Positions 45,501-57,899 of a DNA stretch of 64,000 nucleotides are shown one piece after another. The stretch is from Felis catus (lineage: Eukaryota), in the NCBI RefSeq assembly GCF_018350175.1, contig NC_058369.1, positions 20,834,001-20,898,000 of the forward strand, given 5' to 3'. Position numbers and translations under genes: made by a program. The first letter of the stretch is position 1. Each line of letters opens with the position of its first letter. Below the pieces are notes generated by a model, which was not told the DNA's origin, did not search any database, and saw only the letters and a program-made list of their open reading frames with translations.

Positions 45501-48500
45501 CTCCTTGGGACTCCCCCCCGGCCACGCCAGCCTGCCGATCATAGAGGGAGGTGAGTGGCACTCGCCACATGGGGCAGTGCCTGGCCTCACTGATCTCCTG
45601 CTCCCATGCCCAGCATAGCATCCTGGCTAGGCCTCTGACCCCCACATAGCCTCTGGGGAGCTGGACAGGACCTCTGGGCAGGGCCCTCCTTGCTGTCGTC
45701 CCAGCTTTTATTTCTTGTTCTGTGTAACAGGGGTAATGATCATGCCCACCAGTGACACTCTCCTACAAAGCACCTCCAGTCCCCAGAGGGAGCAAGTGAG
45801 GTCCTGAAGGGACTAGAGGCAAATGTCCCGGCAGCTCCCAGAGAAGCAGCTGGGTCTAGCCCCCCACCTATGCCCTAGCTTATCAAAGGGGGCAGTACGG
45901 GGCACTCACCGTCCTCAATGACGACTTTGATGAGCCGGATAGAGCCAGCCCGTGCCTTGGCGAAGAATTCCTTCAGCTCTTCGGTGGCTACAAGAACAAG
46001 AAACATGGTGAGGGATAAGCAGGCAGCGTGAGCAGGGTGGGCAGGGACACGTTCAGGGCCTGCTCTGTCCTGTGGGGTCTGGTGGTGGAGCTGGGAGCCG
46101 GGTTAAATATGGCCCCCCCATGTGACTGGGAACCTGACACGGTCCACAAACATAAGCTCCCAAATTTAGCCAGCAGTGTGGCCTGCTGGCTGAGATAGCT
46201 CTGGTGACAGGGTAGGCAGGGATGGGCCAGCACATTCAAGGATGGGGCAGGCTCTGGGCCAGGCCAGGCTAACCAGAGTGAATGGCCCCCAACTGTCCCC
46301 TGTCCCCTAGGAAGGCCCAGCACTGAAGTGGCCTCTGACACTCCCAGTTCTGTCATATCCACAAACACAGAAATACATGAACACAGGCCCCCAGTATGCA
46401 CTGACCACTATGTCCGTTAACACACACATGCAATCACACGCACACATACACGCACACGTGCACCACCTGTTGCATGTGCCATCAGGTACGTGCTCAGTCC
46501 AGCACATGTGAATGTAACACATAAACATCTATGTGACACAGTGGAGGAGAAATGCAAATACCCTCACACATGACAACATATTCAGCTGGTCAAACATAAA
46601 TGGACACACACATTTCGACACACAAACATACACAAGAACACAGTCCCCAGAGTGCTAACAAACACATAGGCAAATGCAGAACCCGGCTAAGACATGTCCA
46701 GGCAAGAAGATGTACAAAGCATACACACAAACACACACGCATGCACACCCAGCCCACCAGCCAGGCTGCCTAACCCTGAGAGGTCCTGAGCCCAGCCCTA
46801 GCACAGCCCTGCCCTAGCACAACCCTGCTAGGGGCACTAAGTCCCCAGCCCTTAGGCAGTCCAGAATGCTCCTAGAGGAGGAATGGCAATCAGGAACTCT
46901 CCAAAACAGACCCTGTCTTGGTCCTTGGGTCACAGCTGGAAGATGACAGCCAATGACCAAGGACCCAAACACAGAGGTGAGACCAGGAACGTCACAGATC
47001 TACCAGTGGTAAAGACACAGAAACCAAAGTTCAAGTGAGGAGGGGCCCGACTTGGGTCTCTACGTGTGCTAGGGCCAGACCAGCATGACCTTGAGGCTAT
47101 CCAGGGGTCAGAAGAATTCTGCAGGAACACAGCTGGAGAGCTGAGGTCAGAGAGTATTTATAGGGCCCAGACTGGGCAGCTTGAGGGCAGGGGGTGGGGG
47201 CCTTTAGGAAAACAAACTCTGGTCATGTCCTCAGGGGCCCCTCATGCAGGGTGACCCTGAGCCTGAGAAGTCAGGCTGTGTACCATCCTCCATGGCCTCT
47301 GGGGGAGCAGGGTCCCAACCAAGTACCATAGCATGGAGACACAGTCCCACTGGGCGAGGACAGGGCTGCTTATCAGCAGACCCCAAGCAAATCCCTGAGG
47401 AAAAGCCTGGCCTCTGGGTCTCCACCTTTCCCATAGTTGTGTGTGACCTCTGACCTCACTGAGCCTCAGACTCATCTATACTGTGGAGCTAATACTCTCA
47501 AGGTGCAGAGGGCTGTGCTAAGGAGTAGATGGGAAAAAAATGCTCAGTAGTGCAGACTTTACGAATAATTGTTAAAATTTAAAATTTTACTACTGTAAAT
47601 TTACTACTGTAATGATGGCAGAGCAGGCTGTGCTGAACTGCCCTTTCCACCTGCTCAGACCTTCTGGGAGGGAAAGCCAAGAAGCTCCCCTAAGGGAGAG
47701 GCTGCCACGCCCCTTCTAGAGTTACTAAGACAAAGTGACACCCCAGTAGTGGAAGAGACATTCCCCGCCCCCCACCCCATGACTCCTCAGCCACCATCAA
47801 TAATCCAGAGGCCAGGCCTGGGACACCAGAGCCTCTATCATCAAAGATTCATGCTCCCCCCCCCCCAACCCTTCTGCCTCTGCTGCCCTGCCCTCCCCTT
47901 ACCCCATAGCCTCAAGTTACAAGTCCCTCCCTCCCCCCCTCCCTCGCCCTGCTCTGAGGTCACCAGATCCACAGGTATGGCCACACTGCGCTGGCATCTA
48001 GGCATCCAGGGCAATCGATCTCAGCTTCCACCTCCCCAGGCCAGAAATGGGAAGGAGAGAGCTGCTCATGGGCACTTCCCAGTGATCCCCTAGCCAGGCC
48101 TGTCTCACCATGTGGGAAATGAAGGAGTGAGGCAGAGCCCTGGCCACAGGACCTGTCAGCCCTGAGCAGGGAGCAGGGGCCACAGCTTCCAATCTCCTCC
48201 AGATGGAGGCAGCAGCAGTGACCAGACAAAGGGGATGGAAGGGGCAGGTCCAGGGGGCAGTGTTCCCTTCTGTGGGCTGAGTCATGAAGCCACCCCTCCA
48301 GCTCCTCCAGCTCCTTCTGGAGAAGCTGGCCCACCTGGTAGGAGGCTGGCCCTGACCCAGACTCTGGCCTTTTCTGGTCCTGTGGGGCGGGGCCAGGGAA
48401 ACCCTCTAGGCGGTCTAGCCACCAAGCGGCCACAACCACAAGCCAAGTCAAGATCCAGGCAGTCAGGCTGGTCGATGGTGGTGGTGTCCCCGGGCTGGGG

Positions 48501-49634
48501 ATCCTGGTGTGGTGGGAGGAATGGCTGATAGCCAAACCACCAGGCTGTCTGGGCAAGCAGCCTGGGCTTTTCCCACAGGCCAGGAAGTCCTCCCAGGCTA
48601 GGGACAGAGGGGGACACTGAGGCCCCGGAGGGGTCAGGACACCTGGCTCCTGCTTCTCCCCAGCCAGTGTAAAGAGGAAACTAAGCCCTTGGGGAATGGG
48701 ATGATGCTCTAGGCTGGAGAGGCTTGGGGTAGGGAGAGCTGGCCTGGAGTCTCTAAAGCCAGGACCCTCCTCACAAACCCCATATTTGGACCCTTTTCTC
48801 TGCCTTCAGCCTGGAGCTGGCACCTTCTAACCCTAGCTGGGGCAGACTCAGGAGATCAGAGTGGAAAATGGTAGGGAGGTCAGAGGTCAAGGTCAGATTG
48901 GCAACTCTCCCCATCCCACTCTGAAGGCCCTGTCCCAGGTTTTCCCCAGTCTAGCTTGCTCAAGTATGTGAGGGTCCAGGGAGGAGTCAAAGGTCAGGGA
49001 ACCCTCCTCATACAGACACAAACCCATACAATCCTTACACAGACACATCTGCTACATGCATCCATGGTAACAAATGCACACTGAGATGTACCCAAACTGT
49101 GCACACAGACACCCACAGACATGTGCACACAGTCACAAAACACTGATGCCTAAAGATGGTTCCATGCGACAGTGTCCTTTCAATCAGCTATTAGTGCATG
49201 TGCATGAATGACCCTAGACATACACAAGCAGTCACATCCAGATGTGCACACCCAGGACTGTACACACAAGTGCACATGCGTGCACACTCCCCCAGATGTG
49301 CACATCCGGGTACACCCACCCCCAGAAAGGAACAAAAATATATAGATGGGCACACACAAGCACATCCACGCTCAGATGGGCACACAGATATTTCCCCTAC
49401 AGCTGTGTACATGCACACCCACTCCCAACTATGCACAGTAAGTCGCACGCCCCCATATGTGCCCACCCCAGGCGACCGCCGGCTGCAAAAGAGAACAGGA
49501 AGCTTCCCTAGGCTGGTGCCAGGGAGGAGAGAATGGCTGAGCGCCGGGGAGGGGGCGCAGCCTCGAGCGGATACCCTCGGCTCCTTGGCCGCCCACCATC
49601 CTCCCTCACCGTGGATGCCCGTCTGGTGCGCCAT
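39410..49634 (-). CDS. TWF2: Twinfilin-2 (spliced CDS, 349 aa): complement join 49610-49634,45910-45987,43206-43384,42730-42825,42413-42517,42143-42268,40266-40416,40010-40131,39410-39577
   Basis: 25+78+179+96+105+126+151+122+168 = 1050 nt; GT-AG, phases consistent. [17 protein letters not shown] start, two ADF-H domains ([18 protein letters not shown]), tail [19 protein letters not shown]. Confidence 0.98.
40010..40131 (-). CDS. TWF2: TWF2 exon 8
   Basis: [23 protein letters not shown]...LEISKK|gtgggt. Confidence 0.96.
40266..40416 (-). CDS. TWF2: TWF2 exon 7
   Basis: [13 protein letters not shown]...[19 protein letters not shown]. Confidence 0.96.
40731..41715. mobile_element. Nested stack of five Can-SINEs in TWF2 intron 6
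   Basis: Two + strand hosts interrupted by three - strand copies (about 40800-40998, 41075-41290, 41292-41511). Confidence 0.88.
42143..42268 (-). CDS. TWF2: TWF2 exon 6
   Basis: [17 protein letters not shown]...NYIQL. Confidence 0.96.
42413..42517 (-). CDS. TWF2: TWF2 exon 5
   Basis: [11 protein letters not shown]...ELQQIRINE. Confidence 0.96.
42730..42825 (-). CDS. TWF2: TWF2 exon 4
   Basis: [32 protein letters not shown]. Confidence 0.97.
43206..43384 (-). CDS. TWF2: TWF2 exon 3
   Basis: EQLVLGAS...WSPDNSP|gtgagt. Confidence 0.97.
43622..43860 (+). mobile_element. Young feline-type Can-SINE
   Basis: CpG-intact head ggggcgcctgggtggcgcagtcggttgagcgtccgact, long poly-A, TSD agaaatggcctcgag. 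Confidence 0.95.
45910..45987 (-). CDS. TWF2: TWF2 exon 2
   Basis: cttgtag|CCACCGAAG...GACG|gtgagt; [26 protein letters not shown]. Confidence 0.96.
45988..46006 (-). CDS. TWF2: Alternative N-terminus MFLVLV (twinfilin-2b-type isoform), contiguous and in frame with exon 2
   Basis: caccATG TTT CTT GTT CTT GTA GCC ACC GAA; TATA-like TATTTAA at 46103-46109. Confidence 0.75.
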
Positions 49635-50230
49635 GGCTCCGTGCCCCGCTCCACCAGCGCCCTTGGAGCCCTCGGCTCGGCCCTGGACCCGCTCCGCTCG
49701 CCTGGACCCGGAGGAGGAGGAGGATGTGGCGGCGGCCGCCCAGCCTCGCGCAGCTTCCCGGGCGGTGCCGCAGGACCCGGCCCAGAGCGCCCCGCCCCCG
49801 ACGGGCGAGGCCGGGAGGGGGCGGGGACTCGGGGCCGCGCGTGCGCGCACCGTGCGTCTTGTTCCGGGTGAGACTTTCGCGCGGAGTTGATCGGCGTGTC
49901 CGCGCGCCTGCGCGTGCCTGTTTGTGGGGAAGAACGGGGCCTCCGTGTGGTCGGGCGTCCGTGGGCGCACTCATGCGCGCGCGTGTGCCTATAGACCGTG
50001 AGCCGACGGGTCTGTGGCCGGGGTGCGTCCGGGAGTGCGCGCGCGAGTCTCTGCGCCCCAATCTAGGTGGGTTTCCAAGTGGGGTGAGATCCGCGCGTAC
50101 CCTCACTTATGGCCGGGAAGGGGTTTGCATGAGGATGGAAGCGCCTGTGTTTTTGAGCGGCATCCCTTTTCCTAGAGACGTTTCCTGAGCGCCCCCTGCG
50201 ACGCACTGGCACCTCGAGGCGGGCCTGGCT
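49470..50230 (-). promoter_or_regulatory. TWF2: TWF2 CpG-island promoter (GC boxes, NRF1-like GCGC motifs)
   Basis: Very high CpG density; CCCCGCCCC near 49790, GGGGCGGGG near 49818, GCGCCTGCGC near 49904. Confidence 0.85.
49610..49634 (-). CDS. TWF2: TWF2 coding exon 1 (MAHQTGIH)
   Basis: gccATGGCG Kozak; donor CACG|gtgagg. Confidence 0.95.
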
Positions 50231-51269
50231 GCAGACCCTGCCCTGATTGTGGGAGCCAGACTGACCTACCTGGCAGTTAGCAAATGAACCTGTGGTGGTG
50301 AGGGCCCTGCCCAGAGAGCAAGGGGCCACTGGGAGGAGGTGAAGTTTGAGTGGAGACCTGGAGGTCAACCTGGCAGAGCGGAGGGAAAAGTTTTCTGAGA
50401 AGAGGAAACTACATGTGCAAAGGCCCAGAGGTTGAAGGAGGGCCAGAGCTTGGCGAGTGAGTAACTTCCCAACTCCTAATCTACTTCTGGCTCCACACCC
50501 AGCAGCTTTGCCTTCTCTGGCATTAGCCCTGCTGTTACCAGCCAATCAACATAATGTATCTTACAGGCCACGTTGAGCCAGGGATGAGCACAAGACCACA
50601 GAGCCTGTCTCAGGACTTTGGTTGGGAAGATTGGGAAGGAGGCCACCTTTGAGGGCTGGGATTGCTGAGAATTGATGATGGAGTATGGGGCCTGCCTTGC
50701 ATCTGGCCCCAGCTTGAACTCCCTGCTCACTGTCTCACTACCCCATGCTGAATAAGTAGCATTGCGCCCTCCTCTGTGTGCCCCAAGCCCTGGGCTTCTC
50801 ATCTCCTGAGAGTACAACAAACACAATTGAAGTATTTTCTTATTTATCTTCCTATGCACACCCTGAAAACTGGACCTGTGTAGTGCTCACCTTGACCCCA
50901 GAACTCACAATAGAAACTAAAAACTCTGTGTGGCCTCACAGCCTGCCCTTGGGAGAATAGCTCACAGGCAGGTCCCCAACTCAGCCCTGCCACAGCACAG
51001 ATGGGACAGCAACACAGAGCCAACAGTTACATCAGCTCTCAGACCTGGCCACTTCCATCAGAGCACTTGGCAATTCCACAGAAGCATAAGAGCATCAACT
51101 TCTTGGAAACAGGAATTAGCCAAGAAAACAGGTTAATGAAAAACAGTAAAGTTATGTTCCCTGTAGAAATGTCTATCACTGAATGAACTGTGACTACCTT
51201 AACTGTAAGGTCTCCCTGTTGCCTGGCTTACCACTGCCTACATCATTCTCTCTCCCCTTCTCTCTCTCT

Positions 51270-51434
51270 CTCTTTTAAGTTTATTTATTTTGAGATATAT
51301 ATAGAGAATCCCAAGTAGCCTCTGCACCATCAGCATGCAGCCCGACACTAATCTTGAACCCAAGAACCGTGAGATCATGACCTGAGCTGGAATCGAGAGT
51401 TGGACACTTAACTGACTGAGCCACCCAGGCTCCC
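51270..51434 (-). mobile_element. Can-SINE
   Basis: Antisense copy ending gagccacccaggctcccc. Confidence 0.88.
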
Positions 51435-51603
51435 CATCACTGCCTGATACATATACTTACCTGCTTATTTGTTTATTGTCTTCCCTTTACCAGTAGTTAA
51501 GTTCTGTTCCTGCTGTATCCCCAACACCTAGAACAGTGCTCAGCATTGGTAAGTGTTCAGAATTATTTACCAACTAAACAAATGAATAAACAACTAGAGT
51601 CTC

Positions 51604-51935
51604 AGGGCACCTGGCTGGCTCAGTCAGTAGAGCGTGCAACTCTTGATCTCAGGGTCATGAGTTCAAGCCCCATGTTGGGCATAGAGTTCACTTAAAAATA
51701 ATTAGAGTTGGGGCGCCTGGGTGGCACAGTCGGTTAGGCGTCCGACTTCAGCCAGGTCACGATCTCGCGGTCCGTGAGTTCGAGCCCTGCGTCATGCTCT
51801 GGGCTGATGGCTCAGAGCCTGGAGCCTGTTTCCGATTCTGTGTCTCCCTCTCTCTCTGCCCCTCCCCCATTCATGCTCTGTCTCTCTCTGTCCCAAAAAT
51901 AAATAAACGTTGAAAAAAAAATAAAAAACAAATAA
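51604..51935 (+). mobile_element. Short older Can-SINE (51604-51700) followed by a young feline-type copy (51710-51930)
   Basis: Two heads; TSD aaataattagagt around the second. Confidence 0.92.
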
Positions 51936-52479
51936 TTAGAGTCTTTATGTTGCACACTTACTATGCACTGGACACATTTAATCCTCCTGACAACCCTAGG
52001 AGATAGGTGTTATTGTCTGTCTTTTACAGTTGAAGAATCTGAGGTTTGGAGAGATGAAGTGATTTGATGCAGGTTGACAAGGTAGTGAGTGTCCACAAGA
52101 ACCTTAGTTTCCTTAGGTTAGTTTCCTTAGTTTCCTTGAGTTTCCATACTCAAGATATGGAACAAAGGAGGAGAAATCCTTTTGTTCGGTGGCCCTTGAG
52201 CCTTCCATCACAATCTCACACCTCAATGATGAAGGTTTGACCAGGGAAGGAAACGCACTGGGAGACAGTCCCACTCAGCTTCAGAGCCTGGGATGCAGGC
52301 AGGGAGCCCAAGGGCCAGCAGAGCACCCAAACAGACTCCATCTCTGGCTGAGATCTGGTTTCAGGCAGAAAGATGAGAAAGCTGCACATGGCTCCTCAGA
52401 TGAGTCCTGGGATGAACACAGTATCCAGAAACAGGTTGATTGCTCCATTCTTTCTGATGTTTCTCAACACAGAGTCAGC

Positions 52480-55400
52480 CATCGAAATTATTAGAACATA
52501 CTGTTTTTTTCATGTGGATCAAAAGTTTAAATGTTAAAAACAACAAGAGTGAACTATAAAAATACTGAAGAAAAAAGGGAAAAGTTTGTAGAATCTTGGA
52601 GTGAAGGGGGCCTTCTGAGTATGTCACCAAACTCAAAAGGCATAAAAGAAAAAAAAATAAAATATGTAAATTCATTTATATTAAATTTAAAAAAAAAATT
52701 GGAAGTCTAGGGGTGCCTGGGTGGCTCATCAGTTGAGCGTCCGACTTCGGCTCAGGTCGTGATCTCATGGTTTCTGAGTTCAAGCTCCGCATTGGGCTCC
52801 CTGCTGTCAGTGCACTTCAAATCCTCTGTCCCCTCTCTCCTGCCTCTCCTCCAATTGCTCTCTCTCTCTCTCTCTCTGAAAAATAAATAAACATTAAAAA
52901 ATTAAAAGTCTACATGGAAAAAGCCACCATCAAAGTCAAAATACAAACAATAAACTGTAATTGGCTACAAACAACATACTTGTAACTCATTTCAAAATAA
53001 AGAGCTCTCTGGGGCGCCTGGGTGGCGCAGTCGGTTAAGCGTCCGACTTCAGCCAGGTCACGATCTCGCGGTCTGTGAGTTCGAGCCCCGCGTCGGGCTC
53101 TGGGCTGATGGCTCAGAGCCTGGAGCCTGTTTCTGATTCTGTGTCTCCCTCTCTCTCTGCCCCTCCCCCGTTCATGCTCTGTCTCTCTCTGTCCCAAAAA
53201 TAAATAAACGTTGAAAAAAAAAATTTTTTAAAACAAATAAATAAAGAGCTCTCATAAATCAATAAGAAAAAACCCCAAAATCTCACTAAGAAATGGGGTA
53301 AAAGAGTACAGACTACCCACAGAAAAAGAAATACAAATAGGTCTCTCAGACCTATAGAAATTGGTTATCCCTTCTTAATAAGATAAATGGAAATCAAACT
53401 AGACTTCCATATTTTTATCTATAGAAAAAGATTAAAAACCTTAATGAAATACTATGGGAAAATAGGCTGATGGAAGAGTAAACCTTCATGTAGAACAATA
53501 TCTACAAAATTGTGAATGTGTATACTCCCCCTTTTTAATTGAAGTGAAATTCACATAACAAAATTAACCATCTTAAAGGGATCAAGGCAGTACAATCACT
53601 ATGTTGTGCAACCACCATCTCCTGTTCTAGAACATTTTCATTGGGGTGCCTGGGTGCTGGGTGGCACGGTTGGTTAGGTGTTCAACTCTTGATCTCAGCT
53701 CTTTTTTTTTTTTTTTTAATGTTTATTTATTTTGAGAGAGAGAGAGCACAAGCAGGGGAAGGGCAGAGAGAGAGGGAGGGAGAGAGAGAGAGAGGGAGAA
53801 TCCCAAGCAGGCTCCACACTGTCAGTGCAGAGTCCAATGAGGGGCTCAAACTCACGAACCGCAAGATCATGACCTGAGCCGAAGTCAAGAATCGGACACT
53901 TAACTGACTGAGCCACCCAGGCTCCCCTCAGCTCAGGTCTTGGCCTCAGGGTTGTGAGTTCAAGCCCTGCATTGGGCTCTGTGCTGAGTGTGAAGCCTAT
54001 TTAAAAAAAAAATTCATCACCCCAAAAGAAAACCGTACCTGTTAAGCAGTGACTCCCCATTCCTCCCTCCTCCGGTCCCTGCAACCACCAGTCTTCTTTC
54101 TATTTCCATGGATTTACCTATTCTGGATAGTTCATATGAATGGAGGCATAAAACATGTGACCTTTTATATCTGGCTCTTTTTCACTTAGCATAATTGTTT
54201 GGAGGTTCATCTACATTGTAGCACATATCAGTACTTCGTTCTTTTTTATGGCTGAATAATATTCCATAATTGTGCGTATATACCAGAATTTGTTTATCCA
54301 TTCATCCAGCTGATGACATTTGTGTTGTTTCCACTTTTGGCTATTGTGAATGGTGCTGCTATGAACAACAAATGCCTTTGACCCAGCAATTACATTACTA
54401 GGAACTGATCCTACCAATATCGCCCCCACAAAAAAACTGTAAAGCAAATAACTGAAAACAATCTAAATGTCCATCACTGGGGGGCTAGCTACATAAAGTC
54501 TGCATTTTTGCAGAGACTACTCTGTAACCTTAACAATAAGGCAGCTTTTCGAGGACTAACAAAAAAAGAGGTATCTTTTATGAAAATTTCAAGTATAGGA
54601 TATGGCACAGAGTATGCTATCATTTGTGGAAAGAAAAGGAGGGGAGAAGGAAAGATTTTATATATATGTAATTTTTAAATTACTTAAATTGAGATACAAT
54701 TTACAAATCCCATTGTATCAGTGTTAAGTGTACAACAAGATTCAATATTTGTATATATCGTGAAATGACCACAATAAGTTTAGGTAACATCCATCACCAC
54801 ACATAGTTATAATTATTTTTCTTATGAGAACTTTTAAAATCTACTGTCTTAGTAACTTTCAAATATGCAATACAGCAGCATTAACTATAGTCACCATGCT
54901 ATAGATTACACCCACAGAACGAACTTATTTTTTTTAATATGTATTTATTTTTGAGAGAGAGAGCAAGCAGGGGAGGGGCAGAGAGAAGGAGACAGAGGAT
55001 CTGAATGAAGCAGGATCTGTGCTGACAGCAGAAAGCCCCATATGGGGCTCGAACTCATGAACCTTGAGACCATGACCTGAAGTTGGATGCTTAATCAACA
55101 GAGCCACCCAGGTGCCCCCGCCCAGCACTTATTTATAACTGAAGGTTTATACCTTTTGACCAATTTCACCCATTTTGTCCACCCCGCCCCCACACTTCTG
55201 ACAACAAGCAGTCCATTTTCTGTGCCTATGGATTTGAAATTTTGTTTAGATTCCACATGTAAGTGAGATCATACAGTGTTTATCTTCCTCTGTCTGACTT
55301 ATTTAGCATAAAGCCTTTAAGGTCCATCTGTGCTGTTGCAAATGGCAGACTGTCCTTCTTTTTTATGGCTGAATAATATTCCTGTGTGTGTGGTTGTGTA

Positions 55401-55900
55401 CCACATTGTCTTTAACCATTCATCTGACAGTAGACATTTTGGTTGTTTCCATGTTTTGGCTGTTGTAAACAATGCTGCAGTGAAAATGGGGGTGCAGATA
55501 TGTTTTCAAGATGTTGATTGCACTTTCTTCAGATAGATATCCAGAAATGGAATTGATAGATCATATGATAGTTCTACTTTTAATTTTTTGAGGAACCTCC
55601 ATACTGTTTTCCATAGTGTCTGCAACTAGTTTACATTCCCACCAACAGTGCACAAGAGTTCCCTTTTCTCCACATCCTTGCCAACACTCATTATTTCTTG
55701 TCTTATAGGTAATTTTTTTTTTTGGCTTGAATTTTTACGGAACACCTGGCACTTCTGGAAGGATTCACAAGAAACTAGTAATATTAGATGTCTCCAGGGA
55801 GGGGAACTGCATGGCCAGGGGATGGGGTTGTGGGAGAGACTTGTTACTAAATACACTTTACACCTTTTGAATTTTGTGGGTTTTTTAAAAAGTTTTTGTT
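52480..55900. mobile_element. Mosaic of old L1 fragments (both orientations) interrupted by Can-SINEs at about 52710-52907(+), 53011-53235(+, young, TSD aaataaagagctctc), 53643-54010 (nested) and 54926-55120(-)
   Basis: L1 3' motifs such as ttttatggctgaataatattcc and aattttttgaggaacctccatactgttttccatag...acattcccaccaacagtg. Confidence 0.85.
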
Positions 55901-56007
55901 TTGTTTTTGTTTTTTAAGTAATCTCTGTGCCCATCGTGGGGCTCAAACTCACGACCCCAAGATCAAGCATCGAATGTTCCACCAAATGAGCCAGCCAGGA
56001 GCCCCAC
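55895..56007 (-). mobile_element. Short Can-SINE
   Basis: tttttaagtaatctctgtgcccatcgtggggctcaaactc...gagccagccaggagcccc. Confidence 0.85.
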
Positions 56008-57899
56008 CTTTTGAATTTTAAGTCATGGGACTCAACAAAAACTATTCTCCTTGTGAGTGAAAAAAAATGTAGCATAAAAATCTTTTTCTTTTTTGCTAAA
56101 CTTGCTCCTCCCCACCCCAAACTGTCACATGCGGACGGAGTTAGCTGAGGAGAGGTGTCAGGCCAGGAGCGGGGCAAGCTTGCGTTCATTGGAACAGTTA
56201 GGAGAAGGGTGTCACTGGGAAGTGGGGGGCTGCATGGCTCCCAGGGAGGGCTCAGCCCAAGAATGAAGAGAGACCCACCCCAAGGAACCTCCCCTACAAT
56301 TTCAGACACCAGAGACAGAAGAGATTAGAAACTTCTGGAGAAGGAAAAAGGCAAACAACCAATCTAAAGGTCTGGGAATGAGAGGGGCCCTAGACTGCAG
56401 CAGAAGCAACAGTCAAAAGACAATGAACAGAGAAGTCAGACTCTGAGCTAAAATATCAGTCAAAAACAAAGGATTTTGCCCTATGTTGGGTGTAGAGCTT
56501 ACTTTAAAAAAAAATTTTTTTTTTTTTGAGGCAAACCCTTTCAGACTTGGGAGGATCCAGGAAATGACCTTCCAGTCATCCTTTCTTGGAGAGTTGTTAG
56601 AGGATGTGCTTCAGCAAAATTAGGTCGAAAACTAAGAAAGTCAGCCTTGGGATCCAAGCCAGAGCAGAGGCTCCCAGAAGCCACCTAGAAGCCAGAGGAG
56701 CCTCGGTGGCACTGAAGGGACACTCAGGCCTCCTTGGAACAGGGAGGAAGGGACTGCCATAGGGCTCCACAGCTACACTGAGCGACAGACCACCTGTGAC
56801 ATCTCAGGAGCTTCTCTGAATACGCTTCAAAGGACAGGATTCATCCCACCCACGAAGTCCAAGGCACTGGCACGGAGAAAAGACTGTGCTTGTGTTGTTT
56901 CCTCTCATTTTAGACTAAAAACCTCTGAGCTGTTGGCTGGTAGGGATGAAGAGGTGACCCCACAGACTGAATTGGGCCTGCCCCACCCTGGGTCCCTGGT
57001 CCATTTCTGTCCCGGTGATAGACCGTAGCTCAGGTGTCCTTCGGGAAGCTTTCTCTGATTTTGCCTCCACCCCCTTGCCAGCTGGAACAAGCACCATCCA
57101 CCAGGCCTTCGCCATCAGAGCTGGGACTCAACCTCCATCACTGCTGCACCCAGCATGTGAGCATGTGCTAGGCTTGGGAGCCCAGACAAAGGTAGGGACT
57201 CCTCCTGAAGCTCTCCCTGGGGACCCTGGGCTATGGGCCTCAGGGGCTTTGAGTTGGCAAGCCTGCCTTTTTGGAAGAGGAAAGGGGAAGAGAAATCCCC
57301 TGTGGGGAGTTTGAGTCAGCTGAACTGTCATAATGGAAACAGCAGAGCCCTGGGCATCGGGACACTTCCCCTCTGTGGGCCTCAGAGTCCTCCTCAAGAG
57401 ACAGAAATAACAGTGCTGCACAGGGAGTTGGGCTTAAGTGACAGAAGGGTGACAGAGCACTCTGTTAACTTGCAGGTGTGAAGGGAGACACTGCTGCTGA
57501 CCGCACGGTGACAGCCGGTCAGGGGTTAAGAGACTGCAGCATCTTGCCTCCAGCAGGGATGAATTCTTTCACTTCCCTTAGTTCCAGGTCTGAACTTGGA
57601 CTGGTTGGAGCTTTCTGGGGACCATGAATTCCTCTTGTCTACCAGTCACGAACATTCTAGTGAGAATCCTGCTGTCTGTCCAGAGACGAAATCTTGACTG
57701 GAGGGGCAGTGGTTTGGGAGGCTGTCCCTGAAGTGTGGAGAGGAGTCTCAGGTTGAGGAACGCCAGGGTGGCCACCAAGCCTCATGTGGGGGTGGACGGT
57801 GGCAGGCTGCATGGGCGGGAAATGAAGGGCCGCCCGAGGGAACCCTGTGCTCTGAGACTCTTACTCAACGTGTCAGTCTGACACCTCCAGGCACATCCT

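Noticed and set aside
49191..50545. 150-260-aa ORFs on both strands at the TWF2 promoter
   Set aside because: Stop-codon depletion in a CpG island gives low-complexity Ala/Arg/Gly/Pro translations. Only MAHQTGIH is real.
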